Of a stretch of DNA of 64,000 nt, positions 12,701-25,400 are shown piece after piece. Origin of the DNA: Saccostrea cucullata (Eukaryota). Made by a program: the position numbers and the translations under genes. Under the pieces are notes generated by a model, which was not told where the DNA came from, ran no database searches, and saw only the letters and a program-made list of their open reading frames with translations. The stretch covers positions 372,001-436,000 of the forward strand of contig NW_026931375.1 of NCBI RefSeq assembly GCF_032062105.1. Reading direction: 5' to 3'. The first letter of the stretch is position 1; every line of letters begins with the position of its first letter.

Positions 12701-13193
12701 ACTGCACATTCATTCAATAGAATTTTTTCCACAGTTAATTGGACCCACAATGCATCGCTTCAAAGTGCAGATAAGCTAAAGCAATGCCCTTGTGAGAATA
12801 ACAACAAAAAGTAAACGAATAATAAACATGCCTTGATTTAATGAATTTATTGCAGAAAAATACTTAATAAAACGGTTCTTCATTAATATCAGCCCTGTTC
12901 AGGCTTCGGTTTGGAAAAGCAACATGCATACGACGTCATGTGACGTTAGAGTCTTAGACGCACCGAATGTCATGTGCAGTTTCACGAGCCCGATCTAAAT
13001 GATACTAAATGGATAAGTACCTGCGCTCGCCCTAACGGTCGCACCGTCAACATATTAGCAAATACACTTTGTCATATCTCTGGTATTTTAAATCTATCTG
13101 TTAGAGAAAACAATTTTAATCTGTAGATTCATGATAAATCATACATCTTTGTTTCAAGTTGTATGTATTCAATCTGGCATACTTACCAGTCAT
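9702..13193 (-). CDS. 281-aa uncharacterised protein: acidic N-terminus plus 21-22-aa basic/charged helical repeats (STPR-like)
   Basis: Exons 13187-13193 (ATGACTG|gtaagt), 11460-11733, 11057-11224 and 9702-10098. All introns are GT-AG with matching phases, summing to 846 nt (282 codons with stop). Confidence 0.85.
11757..12612 (+). mobile_element. Older, diverged copy of the Cg170-carrying Helentron-type element in intron 1 of the 9702-13193 gene
   Basis: Starts gcaagaagcccagg...gctcacctgag as at 7883. About 4 diverged units containing tttgaacaaacttgaatctacac. Ends gacagacaaatttctatcaggaaagct. Confidence 0.8.
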
Positions 13194-13259
13194 ACCAAGA
13201 AGTAATCATTTGTATTGTCTATTCTATATTTAGATTCTGGTCTAAAATATACTCTTTTC

Positions 13260-13575
13260 AGGATTGAAACAAAGTTTGCCAAGCAAAACTCCAAACTAAA
13301 CAAACCGGAAACTGATATGAAAATCTAAATGAAAAATGGGATTTTTTTTCTTTCCGGATATGAAATATGATGAAATCCATTAAAAAAAAAATAACTGTAA
13401 TGAAGGAAAAAAACACGCATTCTATAACTTTGTTATCAATGCTTAACACATTCAAGAAAGTTTTATTCTTTGATATTTGTTAGGATTACTGATGAACTCT
13501 TTAAAGAACGATTTAATGAATATTAAACCGGATATTATGTTATTTTGCTTCCGGTTTGAGTAGAGGAAGTAGCAA
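13260..13575. promoter_or_regulatory. Putative bidirectional promoter (STPR-like gene / Kelch gene) with clustered ETS-type motifs
   Basis: Lies between a minus-strand first exon (donor at 13186) and a plus-strand candidate 5'-UTR exon (donor ~13672). CCGGAA/TTCCGG at 13305, 13352 and 13549; GGAAGT at 13565. Confidence 0.55.
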
Positions 13576-14579
13576 GATGATTTTCATCATTTTCTCCTCT
13601 TTGCATGCGGTTCAAGTAGCGAAATAGAAGTCAACATCACGAGCTTATTATTTATTTTACTGGAAATCATGGTAATATTAACTTAGAAAATGTTGATTCA
13701 TGATAATATTCTTTAGAATTGCACAAAAAAATTGTGTTTGACAGATCAGCTATCTGATGCTGAGGATTTGTAGTGATAAATGCCTTGACATTTAATTTGC
13801 TGACTACATTAAAAGGAAATGAACATTCTCTATTTATTGATATGTTTTAGGTTTATCTTCAAGTTGAAATTTGTAAATCAGAAAGCTCAGCTTAGAATAC
13901 CTCCCATAAACTTGCAATGTAGCAAAAATTGAAGAATCGCTCCGAAATGATTTTGAAGAATACAAAAGGATTTACTCTGAAAATAACTTCCAAATTAATC
14001 ATAACAAACCTTTCTGAGGTTGTGCATGCCTTTTACAAATAAAGACGAAAATGCTAGTAATTTTCTTAACTTTGTTTCTCGCTTCAAATTATAACATGCC
14101 ATGTTTAATTTGGAACTCTCTTGATTGTTCATAATAAATGCACTGAGTTCGAATTATCGCCCGTGTCTGTTTTGCAACATTGTGTCTAAATACTCGGAAT
14201 GAATACTATGGTTAAACTGTTGATTTTTCTATCAATGAAAAATTTCACCAATGACTGAAGTGAATGAACATGTTAACTTTCATCAGAGACATAAGAATGT
14301 TTAATCATCCAAATGATAATATCCTGCAGACTCTTTATCGATAAAATGAGTTCTTTGTATTTGCAGTGTACCAAACAAACACAGACCATAACTCTTACAT
14401 ATATGATATTTAAGCAAGTAAAATAAATTATGTTTGCATAAAATACCCGCTTTAGATGCCACAGGATAATCTGATACATTTAGTTTAATATTCCATGGTT
14501 ATTTTGCTTTTTGTAGAATTTAAAGACTCTTGATGGTTCCATTAAAGTGAATTTATACTAAAATTCAGCCATTTGGAAA

Positions 14580-17500
14580 ATGATTGAATCAAGAACATTT
14601 TTTGTATCTACTCAAACTCAAAATGCTTTCAAGGTCATGCATGAGTTACGACTTCGTAACTTATTGTGTGACGTCATACTCAGAGTCGATGGGAAGGATT
14701 TCACTGGTCATAAAGTAGTGTTGTGTGGGTGCAGTCCCTACCTCTGTGCTATGTTCACAAATGGAATGTTGGAATCAGAAAAAACACAAGTTGAAATACA
14801 GGGACTGGAGTCCTGGGCAATGGGGGAGTTAATTGAATTCATGTACACAAGTGTGATCGAGATAAATGTGGACAATGTACAAGGAATTCTGCAAGGAGCC
14901 AGTTTACTGGGGTTACACCAACTGAGGAAGATGTGTGCCACATTTCTACAGTCTCAGCTTACTGCCTCCAACTGCCTTGGTAAAGTCATCATAAATCTGT
15001 ATGCAGTGAAAATTTTCACAGCGCTTTTTTATAATCATTTTATTTCCATCCCTTTTGCTTTCCCTAAGTGGGGAAATTTAAAATGGGGCAAATTCAAGAA
15101 AAACAACATAATCCCTTATGCAAATCATTTTTAAAAGCAGGACAAAATTGGTTGCAAGTGTTAAAGGGCAAAAAATATGGGGCAAAAAAATCATGCATAC
15201 AGTAAAATTTACAGCAGCATTACCATTTAGTGTTATGGTGGTTTGGATTTGTATCATGACTTTCTTATTAATATTATCATGACAATGTGTTAATATGTAA
15301 TCTCTTTTTAACTGTAGGAATCCATGGACTAGCTGATATGTATATGTGTGGAGAACTAGAATCTGCTTCAAGACATTTCATCAATCAGAACTTCTTGGAG
15401 GTCATTCACTGTGAAGAATTCATGCAGTTATCATGTGACCGTCTTATTACTCTGCTCAAAAGTGACAACATTCGGGTGAACAATGAAAACCAAGTTATGG
15501 ATGCAGTTAACAACTGGATTCAATGGGATCCGGATAACAGACATTCTGAAACTTGTCGTCTACTCCAACACGTCAAGTTACCACTGTTAGGTATTTCTCA
15601 TTTAGAAAACGTAGTTGTGCAATTAGAATGTGTGAAAAATTGCCCCAAGTGCCAGTTGCTGATTAGCAAAGCTATAACGACCCTGCACGATGACACGTCC
15701 TTACAGCTGATCCGACCTCGTGCCATGCCCATCAGTATATATGTCCTCGGTGGCCGGAATAGTGCGGACTGTCAGTTACCCAGTACCGAGAGATACGATT
15801 TCCTTCTAGATCAGTGGACACATGTTGTAAGTAAAGTACCAAGTAGCCTCATGTTTGGGCAAGGAAATAAAAATGAGCTAAATGCCTATTCTCTTATATC
15901 TTTCTTTAGTTGTCCTTTTAATGAACTAAGGAATACTCAATTCAATGTCATTGTCGTTAATTTTTTTTATACAAACATACACCAATATTGCCATAAACTT
16001 ACTAAAGCATTCATTCCCTAAAAAATCTCTCTCCCTCTTCAGAAAAAAAATTGAACTGAAATTTTACATTTCTCCAGAGTGATATGAACATAGCTCGTAC
16101 AGCAGTAGGAGCATGCAGTATAGAGGGCATGCTGTATGCTGTGGGAGGGGAATGTGCCTTAGCTGACACTCAGGAGGACACGCTATACTTACGCTGCGTG
16201 GAGTGCTATGATCCGGTACTCAGACAGTGGGTTCCTAAACCCGACATGAAAATAGCCAGGTCATTTGTGGCAGTCGCAGCAGTTGGAAAGTACTTGTATG
16301 CAATTGGTAAGTTGCTAGATTTGAATGGTGAATGGTTATGGTATAGCTGAATACACAAGGTGTTCCTTGAATAGCTCTGAAGAAATCCTATTGTCCATTT
16401 CCTGGTACTTTAGATAGTAATAAAACTCTGAAAGCTGATAATAAATTAATTTTGTTTAGTAAACTTTCCGAGATTTTAGGGAGGAAATACAGGAAAAATT
16501 TTAAAATTTGTTTGTTTGATGTTACATTTTATCACTGTGTATTTAATTAAAAGTTTTTATTTTACATTCATGAATTAGTTTATCATTTATTTTATTTTTC
16601 AGGTGGAGAGGATCGTGCCACTAGTTATAGCATCATGGAAAAATATGACATTAATTCCGAAACCTGGTCATTTGGTCCGAATATGAAGAGAAAACGAGCC
16701 GGAGCAGGTGTGTGTGTTTGTGATGGCAGGATCTATGTAGCAGGTGAGTTATGATAGCTGAGTGTGTTCCAATCAAATATCAAGATAAAAAGAAATCCAC
16801 AATATTTATTATGAAAGGGAAAATGAAATAGAGATGTTTATTTATAACATACAAGAAAAAAACATACTCTCAGATGACAATAGACTATTTGGTCAGTCTG
16901 AAGTTTTTTGCATACAAGATCAGTGAAAAAGTATCAGTGGAGTATTAATGTCTTTGTCCTCTTTGATTGTTTATTTTAAGTGTATATGTTTATTCAGGAG
17001 GATATGACAAGACTCTTCACATGGATCGAGCCAGCGTGGAATGTTACGACCCCAATACTGATGACTGGACGTTTGTAACAGAGATGGAAAAAGCTAGATC
17101 TGGTCTCTCTGTGGTCGCCATTGACCACAACATCTACATGATAGGAGGGCGATACAAAACAGCTGATCAGTACTTTGATGTGGCAGAAAGGTACAAATAA
17201 ACTTCCTTTTTTTGATGGGCAATTTTTTACATTAAGAAAAGGTGTTTTCCCCACATTTTGGGCTTAAAATACAACAGATATTCTCAGTAATACATGTATC
17301 TTTAAAATGGCATATTTTATCATTCGAGTTTGAAAATCTTTAAGGTGATAATTTTTTGGGAGGGATTGAATGTGGTTTAACTTTTAAAATGTAACTTTTT
17401 TTCTTGCTAGGTATAACACCATCACTAACCAGTGGACCACTCTGTGGTCTATGAACCAGCCAAGAGCCTGGCCAGGAATTGCAGTGTATGATGGGAGAAT

Positions 17501-17633
17501 TTATCTGATTGGAGGATTTGATGGCTCCTACAGACTTCGCAGTGCTGAGGTGTATGACATTGATAGAGACAGGTGGTCATTTATCAGTAATATGCTGGTG
17601 GGGAGAGCAGGGTGTGGGGCAGCCATAGTGTGA
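14580..17633 (+). CDS. Kelch-like protein (BTB-BACK-6 Kelch repeats), 564 aa; putative CUL3 substrate adaptor
   Basis: Exons 14580-14979, 15318-15826, 16078-16306, 16603-16743, 16998-17190 and 17411-17633 (1695 nt, GT-AG, phases consistent). BTB motif LCDVILRVDGKDFTGHKVVLCGCSPYLCAMF; six GG...Y...W Kelch repeats. Orthologue not assignable by eye. Confidence 0.95.
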
Positions 17634-18863
17634 GGGAACCCCCCCTCCTCTCCCTCTCTCCGTGATGAACAGAAGAGGTGCTGATAACTTCCTAGTCTTG
17701 TGGTCTTTTTTTGTGAGGATCTATTGTGATATTTCTATAAACACTCCCTGCACAAATGTTGTGATATATCATTTGGGCATTGGTAAAATCTTTTCTTATT
17801 CCTTCAAGGCTGTGATGTAAAATTAGTAGGGAAAAAGTAGGGAAATTGTGTTGTAAATTAAGTACACATGTAGTGTAATCAGTGCTGTTTATTGGCATAC
17901 ATATACAAGTATATTGTATTAAGTGCTAGTTGTTTCAGATTTACTCAAGATATAGTGTATTGTAACTTAATTGATTCAGTCTGACAATTTTTATCAGTTG
18001 CAGGTGCATTGACATGAATATTCATGTTATTCTAAAAAATTATCTACGATAGTCTTCCAAAGACTTTGGACAGAAATAATTCTCATTTTGAATGTTCCAA
18101 TGTCTGCTGTGATGGACTTTTTTATTTGACATTTTTCAAATGGAGTCTCCTTTTGTTGATGGAAGTGCATAAGATATATGTATATGCTGCGGAATTGATT
18201 GCTTTCTTTTGGGAAACATGGTCTTGCATTTCATCTATTGTGAATGATGTTGTGGTATTAAAAAGTACATTTTTGATGATGTCCTGAAATGTTTTATATA
18301 TGCTCTTGGGAACATGTACAGTATATTGTAAAAGAAAATCATTTTATATGGAGGCTATTTCTCTCTTGAAGAAAAGTTGTCAATGTTGACTTTCTATTAT
18401 TAAACAGACTGAATACAAACAGTTGAATTATGTCACTATTGTGTCAAAGTGATCTACAGCGGAATTACATGTAAATTAATCCATCTTTGAGATTTCCTTC
18501 AATTTAATTGTAATGTGTACATTTTCATTTGGTGGATGAATTGCCTCAAGGCACACTGTTGTAGTTTTTAAGCTTATAATTTTCTCAACATCATTGATCG
18601 TTTTGTTTTACTATGCTAAATAAATGATACTGAAGCTTTCAATGTTTTTCATTTATCTACTATAAAAGTGATAAAATTGGACTTTCTAAGAGTGATTGTT
18701 ATATCTATTGGAAAATAGCTTTTGCATTTACTGTGTTTACATGTTCTCTGCAGTGATTATCATCCTAGCTCTGCAATGCAGCCATACACAGCCAAATGGT
18801 TCTCATGTGACTATCGCAAAAATAAGAACTTCAGAATCATGTTATTAATGTTAATCTCATTAA

Positions 18864-19275
18864 AGCTGAACACTACTCGTAAATAGGCATAGTCTGCCAT
18901 ATTTCCCATTGTTCAACACTCTCCCTACAACCCATATATAAGGAGCAGATCGCTTATCAGTTCAATGTATTTTGCTTTAGAGGTCCGACGAGTGTAGACG
19001 TACACCTTTCACTGCGTGCTACTCAATCTCGATGAAATTATCAAACTTTACGTATTTTTTCCAAAACAGGACAAGAGTGTCTTGAAAAATACAGGTCAAT
19101 ACATTATTTACAAACATAAAATGCACATGAAAACACGAAATAAACACAAAAAATCTAAGACCTCGAAAAGAGTAATACATGTCGGCCACGAGTTTCGAGT
19201 GTGCAATCAGCTGTAACGAAATCGAACGGTTTATATACCCGTCTGACAGTGCCTATTTATGAGAAGTGTTCAGCT
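18864..19275. mobile_element. MITE with TTAA TSD (Kolobok-like)
   Basis: TTAA|agctgaacactactcgtaaataggca ... tgcctatttatgagaagtgttcagct|TTAA. Confidence 0.8.
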
Positions 19276-22200
19276 TTAAATTCACATAAAATTTAAAAAC
19301 AGTGTATTTTGCTCTTTTCACATGAGACTCTAGATCAGATTATTTACAGAGCATAGATAGTCAATGATATCATGGTTATATAAGTTTTAGCTCATTTCCA
19401 TTCTGAACTGAATGGATAATGACATCAAGTTCACAGAGTAACATCGAGTTACTGTCACAATTTGACAAATAAATTCAGCAGTTCCTTTTGGAGGTAACAT
19501 TTTCTGTCTCAGTTCTTCTTGCTTTGAAACTGAATGGAGGTCAGATCCATGTGTTTAAAAAAAGACAGTTTCACAAAAACACATATTTCAACAACTTTAT
19601 TTCTCAACATACATCGTATGTAAAACTCCTTTCCAAGGGAGGTAACACAACCAGCTTGAACAATATCAGAGAATACAAGAAACACTAACATATAAATACT
19701 TGTGTTCAAAACATTCACTTGGCAGAATTAAAATACATAAAACTAAGCCTGCACTCCCTGATTAAATAAATCTTTATAAACAAAAACATAATCCCTAAAA
19801 TGATAAAGTAATTAATTGAGACAAAATGTGAATAATGTGGTCATGGTAAATTTTATAAAAAACAAAAAACAAAAACAGATCACTAAATTTGGGCAATGTT
19901 TTATTTTAAAGCAGATAAATTTATACCAATAATGTATTCCTATACAAACAATCATGGCGAAAGTAAAATCTTAAAATACTGAAGAAAATAAACTTATTTC
20001 CTACATTTAAAAGAAATCTGTAAGCATTCAATTCAAGATACAAGTAGGTATGGCAGATTTTAAAACATGACCATCAGACATGGCATTTGACACATTATCA
20101 TTGTGTAGGAACTTTTTGTGGCACCATTGTCAGGACTTGGGACCTAAAAGACAGAAATTTATAATTCTGTGATAACTTTTTTAAAAGTTAAGGATTTCTT
20201 ACTCCAAAAAGACCGGAAATAATTCAAATTATCACAAGAGGGAAAACGCTTTATACATATTTCATTGAAAATTTTAATTAAAACTTAAATTTTGTAAATC
20301 AATACAATAAAACCTTATGCTGGACCAAATAGATTCCATTGAAGATTCATTCACTATATATAATACATTATAACAGAGCAAACTGGCATAAAATTAATGC
20401 CATAAGAAATTAACTTTATGAAGAAATTTGAGATTCTCGAGAAGATTGAGCAAACTTTGAGAGGCAAAGAAAAAGTGTTTTTTTTAATTTAATATTCAAA
20501 AAAAAAAAAAAAATTAAACGATGTTGCAATTGCATGCAAGACACTGTTTAATAATGTGCTTCTGCAGAATTAATGTATTAGTTAATCACAGCTTTATAAT
20601 TTTGACACAGTGATTTTATAACTGAGACAGAGGTATGTATTTAACACACTACTTTCCCTATTCAATAGCTGTGTCCATTTGAGGACTTTTTAGATATTAA
20701 TTTAATATCATTTCTGTATCACATCAAAAAACATAACTGGTAATTCTCTAATTTTTCAGTAAAAGGAAACCATTTTCTGTGCAAGGAAAAAAATGTAGTA
20801 ATACACATCTATACACTAGAAATAAAAAAAAACATTACATGTAATCTAAATTGAATGGTTTACTGATAAATGAACTTAAAGAAGGAGAAACATTTCAATA
20901 CATCTAAAATATATGTAAAATGCAATAAACAAAAGTATCAGAAGCACTTTCTTAGCTTTGCTACATATATAATAAATTCTTTTTAGTGGCTAGTTGGGTG
21001 AAATTGTGAATCCTTAAAATCCTTAATAAATTCATGTCAGTGAATATTCTATGGACACTCTTAAGGTTTTAAGGACATTACCCCCATGATGTCCTATTAA
21101 TGTCACTGTCCGATCTACATCATCTTACTCAAGGTCAAATTTAAATCCCTTCATTGAAAACATTGTGTATTCTAAATACATTCTAAAACACTTAAAGTTA
21201 AAGTCTAGACTTAATATACATGTATATTTAAGACTAAAATTATCTCTATTATTGTATGCAGTAATCATTTTCTGCTTTTTGAACAATACCTAATTGTACA
21301 GAAATAATGACACTTTCGTTTTTTTATAAAACAGTTAAATATTTGTGATCTAATTAAATTTTTGGATGCTTAAAAAAATTACCCTGAGATGCAAAACGAA
21401 CATGAGATATTTTTACTGATGTATTTCCTATGTGAACATAAATTACATGTGAGTTAAGTGATTGAGATGTGATGTGGACAATGTAATAATGTAAGCATAG
21501 TTCTGTGTCACACTCTCTAGACACACGACGAGCCACACTAGTGTTCACATCTGAATACATGTGTATAACTTGAATAAACACACTTAAAGTTACCTGTCTC
21601 TCTCTAAATCTAGGCTGCAAGACAAAACGAAGCATCAGCAAATCTTGTTAATTCCTTAGCACTTAAATTTATCTAACATTAATACCCCCTATATTTACAA
21701 CATCATAAATATGTCTTTTGAAAAAATTACAATATTGAACATACAGTACATCTTAGAATTTAGCACAGAATCCCCATGCATTTGTATGTGTGCATGGGTA
21801 TGCTTTCTTTTAAAAATGCATGAGCACAAAATGGTAAATTTTGTACACAATTTACATTAATAATACCCTGTTTTAACATCTGTATTTTGGTGAGATTTCA
21901 AATAATGAGACTGCACAGAGTAAATTTGACCTTGACAAATCAATAACATTAATTAGATAGCAATTCAATTTTCCTGATCTTTGTAAAGCTTAAGAGACAT
22001 TGCAAACAAGCATACAATGATAAAGTATAATCAGTATAAATCGTAAAATCACGTAAATCTGTTGTATGGAACAACATTACATATATGAATGCTGATATAT
22101 TTCACAACCATATATAAAATTCTGGTCTCCGGAAGCAGAATTGAGCAATATTTTATAAAGCCGCAGAATCACAGTACTGTTATAAATATGAAACTATATA

Positions 22201-22432
22201 TAAACGTATCACAGACTTGTGCTGTTGAGACATTAATGAATATAAAAATAAAATAAAGAAAAAACAACAATCGCAGACATGGATAGGATTCTAATTTTAA
22301 AATATCCATGAAAAAAGGCTATATAGAGAAATGATAAATTTCATTTCTTTAAAGCTATGTTCAAAAGTGCTTTTCATAAAGCTAGTACAATTTTGTTTAA
22401 AGATATTCTGTTTGGCAGCTTAATAGTTCAGC

Positions 22433-25400
22433 CTATCTCATAGACATAGGCCTGACTACTACCCACGGGTTGGCCACAGTAACTGTGGTTGATGTGGATA
22501 ATGGCCGCCCAAAAGAGGCATAGCCGCTCTTACTTCTCTGTCCCCGGGGGTGAAATCCGCTCTTGGCACGGTTTGTGTAGGCGCTGGGGAAGCGCTCCTT
22601 GAGGGCTACTTGTAGATTATCTCCCTCCTTGCTCTTCTTCTTTCCCACCGGCGCTGTCTGTGGGCGCTGAATTTTTGGGAATTGCTGGGAGAACCATTCC
22701 TCAAAATCCTCCACGCTCATTTCCACGATCTTCTCGCGACAGAATTCTATGGCAGCACAGATGTCGGGGCTACAGATCTCCCATTCACGCAGTCTCTCTA
22801 GCACTTTAAAGAATGTTCTCTTACTCAACTGCTGGCCAGCTCCCTCAATCTGACAGAATAAAAAAAAATAATCCTCAAGGCTGATATATATGTATGCAAC
22901 TTATTGATTTTTTTCTGTAATTCAAATAGTAATGACTGTATAATGTTAGTCATATGAGATATAATTGTTCATACTGAAACAATCAAATAATATTTTCATA
23001 GTTGACAATAAAGAAGAGTACTTAATTTTTCAATTTAAAAGGGAGTACACATGTATAAAACTTATAAAAATAATCAAGTGAAATTCTTTGACCCTTTGTT
23101 GTATTCTGACCATGCAGTAAAAAGTTTTGTTGGGGAATTATGGTTTACATAAAATAGATGCATTTCATACTCTTGATGTTCTCATGCATGTACACAAACG
23201 GGTCATCAAGTTTGATATTTGATTTTGTCCAAGGATAAATTGATTTTACATATCTATATAAATACTACAGTGGACCTTCAGATATCCGGACGCCAGATAT
23301 CCGGATGCTTCAGTATCCGGACGATTTTTCATCAGAACTAAATTTTTTAAACGTTATTTTGTCTTTTTTAACTGGTAATTCAGGTATCCGGACACTTCAC
23401 ATATCTGGACAAATTAACTAGGAACCAAAGCATCCAGATAAATGAGGCTCCACTGTATTATAAAAGGGGACAGGTGAATTTTCTACATCTAGTGGTTTTC
23501 GTAACAGCTGAACAACTTACAATCCAATGTACAGTGGAGTACATATAAATATCCTCTGAAATCAAAGAGTCTAATACTTCTAAGAAATGTCTGAATGAAT
23601 ATTTTATCTTTTATCTACATATATATTATCTCTGTACATGTAGACAGTAAACATGTACCCTATAGGTATTAGTTTAAATGAAAGAAAAATGTTAGTCTGT
23701 AAAGCAGTTTCTTCCTGTATCTAAGATATTATATACATATATATTTTGAATGAATCTTAATAAATTAATTGTTCAAAGTAAAAAAAAGTCAATGATATAA
23801 AAAAATTAATAGTGAATGCATATGCGTGAAACACCCTGCTTAGTTATATAATATCTGATCCAAGCTCAGTGGTTGAATTTCACCAATCATATTTTAAAAG
23901 ATTATCATAAATACTTATATGATATAGCATTTGATACCATAAATTGTCGAAGATTTTGAATTTAATATTTATAAGTGGTTGCCTTAAGAGACAAATGGAC
24001 TGACAGCTAGACAGACAGACAGGTCAATTACTATATGCTTTAATCAGTTAAAAAAAAGGAAGTTGAAATCAATACAATAATCTCAAAAATGTGTTTTCAG
24101 TGAACATGTCAAATTCAACATCTTTAATTCTATAATATGGCTTCAGTGAAATGGAGCAAGCAATACATATTAGCTAATTTTGATGAAAACAAGTGAAGAT
24201 CATGCAAAAGATTTACCACCACAAGAATAGCACTCGAACTTAAATATAATTGTTTAGAGTTGCAGAATTAATTTATAATGCTTCAATTGGCTTGCTAATT
24301 GTAATGGGATTGGGACTTTGTTGATCATTGTAAAAAGATTGTAAAATAGAAGACTATGAACTGAAACTAATTGAGCTAGAAAATGAAAAATACAAAATCT
24401 ACCTATTACACCTGTATTAATTAAAGCATTTAAAAAAAAAAAATTGTGTAAAAAAACTAAAAATTTAAAAATGATTTTAAAACAGGGTAGAAACAATTAT
24501 TTCGAGTGCCATTCCCTGGTCATTACCTGTAAAATGGTCGCTCGTCTCTGATCACGGGGCTGTGATAATATTACAGTGACCAAAACATAAATGTGTGTTA
24601 TGTACACCAAAAAATACAGAACAATTACTGATACCGTGTTCCGGCGAGTGGTCAAACCCCTCTGAAGCTGAATGGTATCACATAAAAGTAAATTTTAAAT
24701 ATATAAAGCCATTGGTATACAATTCATAGTCATTCCTTGCTATCAAATCAAAAGACCAAACAGATTAATGTCAATGAAGTTAAATGTCTAAAATAATTAG
24801 TCTGAAGAAAGCTGGACATTTCTCCTTTCCAGGCCTGCATCATCTGTATGTCATTTAAATGAAGGTCCTTTAATATTATTACAAATGTACGTCACTTTAC
24901 TATTTACCTAATATAAATAAAAACCTGGAAAAAAAATCAAACAAACTAGCAAACAATTACCTACACAGTTTCACAAACAAACTGGATCTGATTGGAAAAC
25001 AAATTATGAAGCATGAGGGTGCTTTAAGCTAAATATCACTCCAGTACAAAAGGTGAAAATTGATTTCTTCGTATATACAAAAGTACATTCAACAGACAGT
25101 AAATATCTACATGCAAATTTTCTATGTCAAAAACTACTGTGGTAAAAATAGAAATAGGCCTGTGCTTTAATGTCCTATATTTCACAAAATCAGCCATTGG
25201 GGTGCAACCGTACTTAGTTTCTAAGCAAAACACATGGTGACATCATAAAAAGAGGTCTCAGTCAAGGGAACTTACTCTCATAACAGTCACTTTTTTCCAT
25301 ACTTGATTGGGATTTGACATCTATCAATATAAATGCAATCAAATGTTATGAAATCATTCCAAAACTATAGCTATAGCACTGTGAAGTAGCACTGATCTAT

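Noticed and set aside
12613-13110. CpG-richer block that might be a Crypton-like element or an enhancer
   Set aside because: No termini, TSD or coding motif could be defined.
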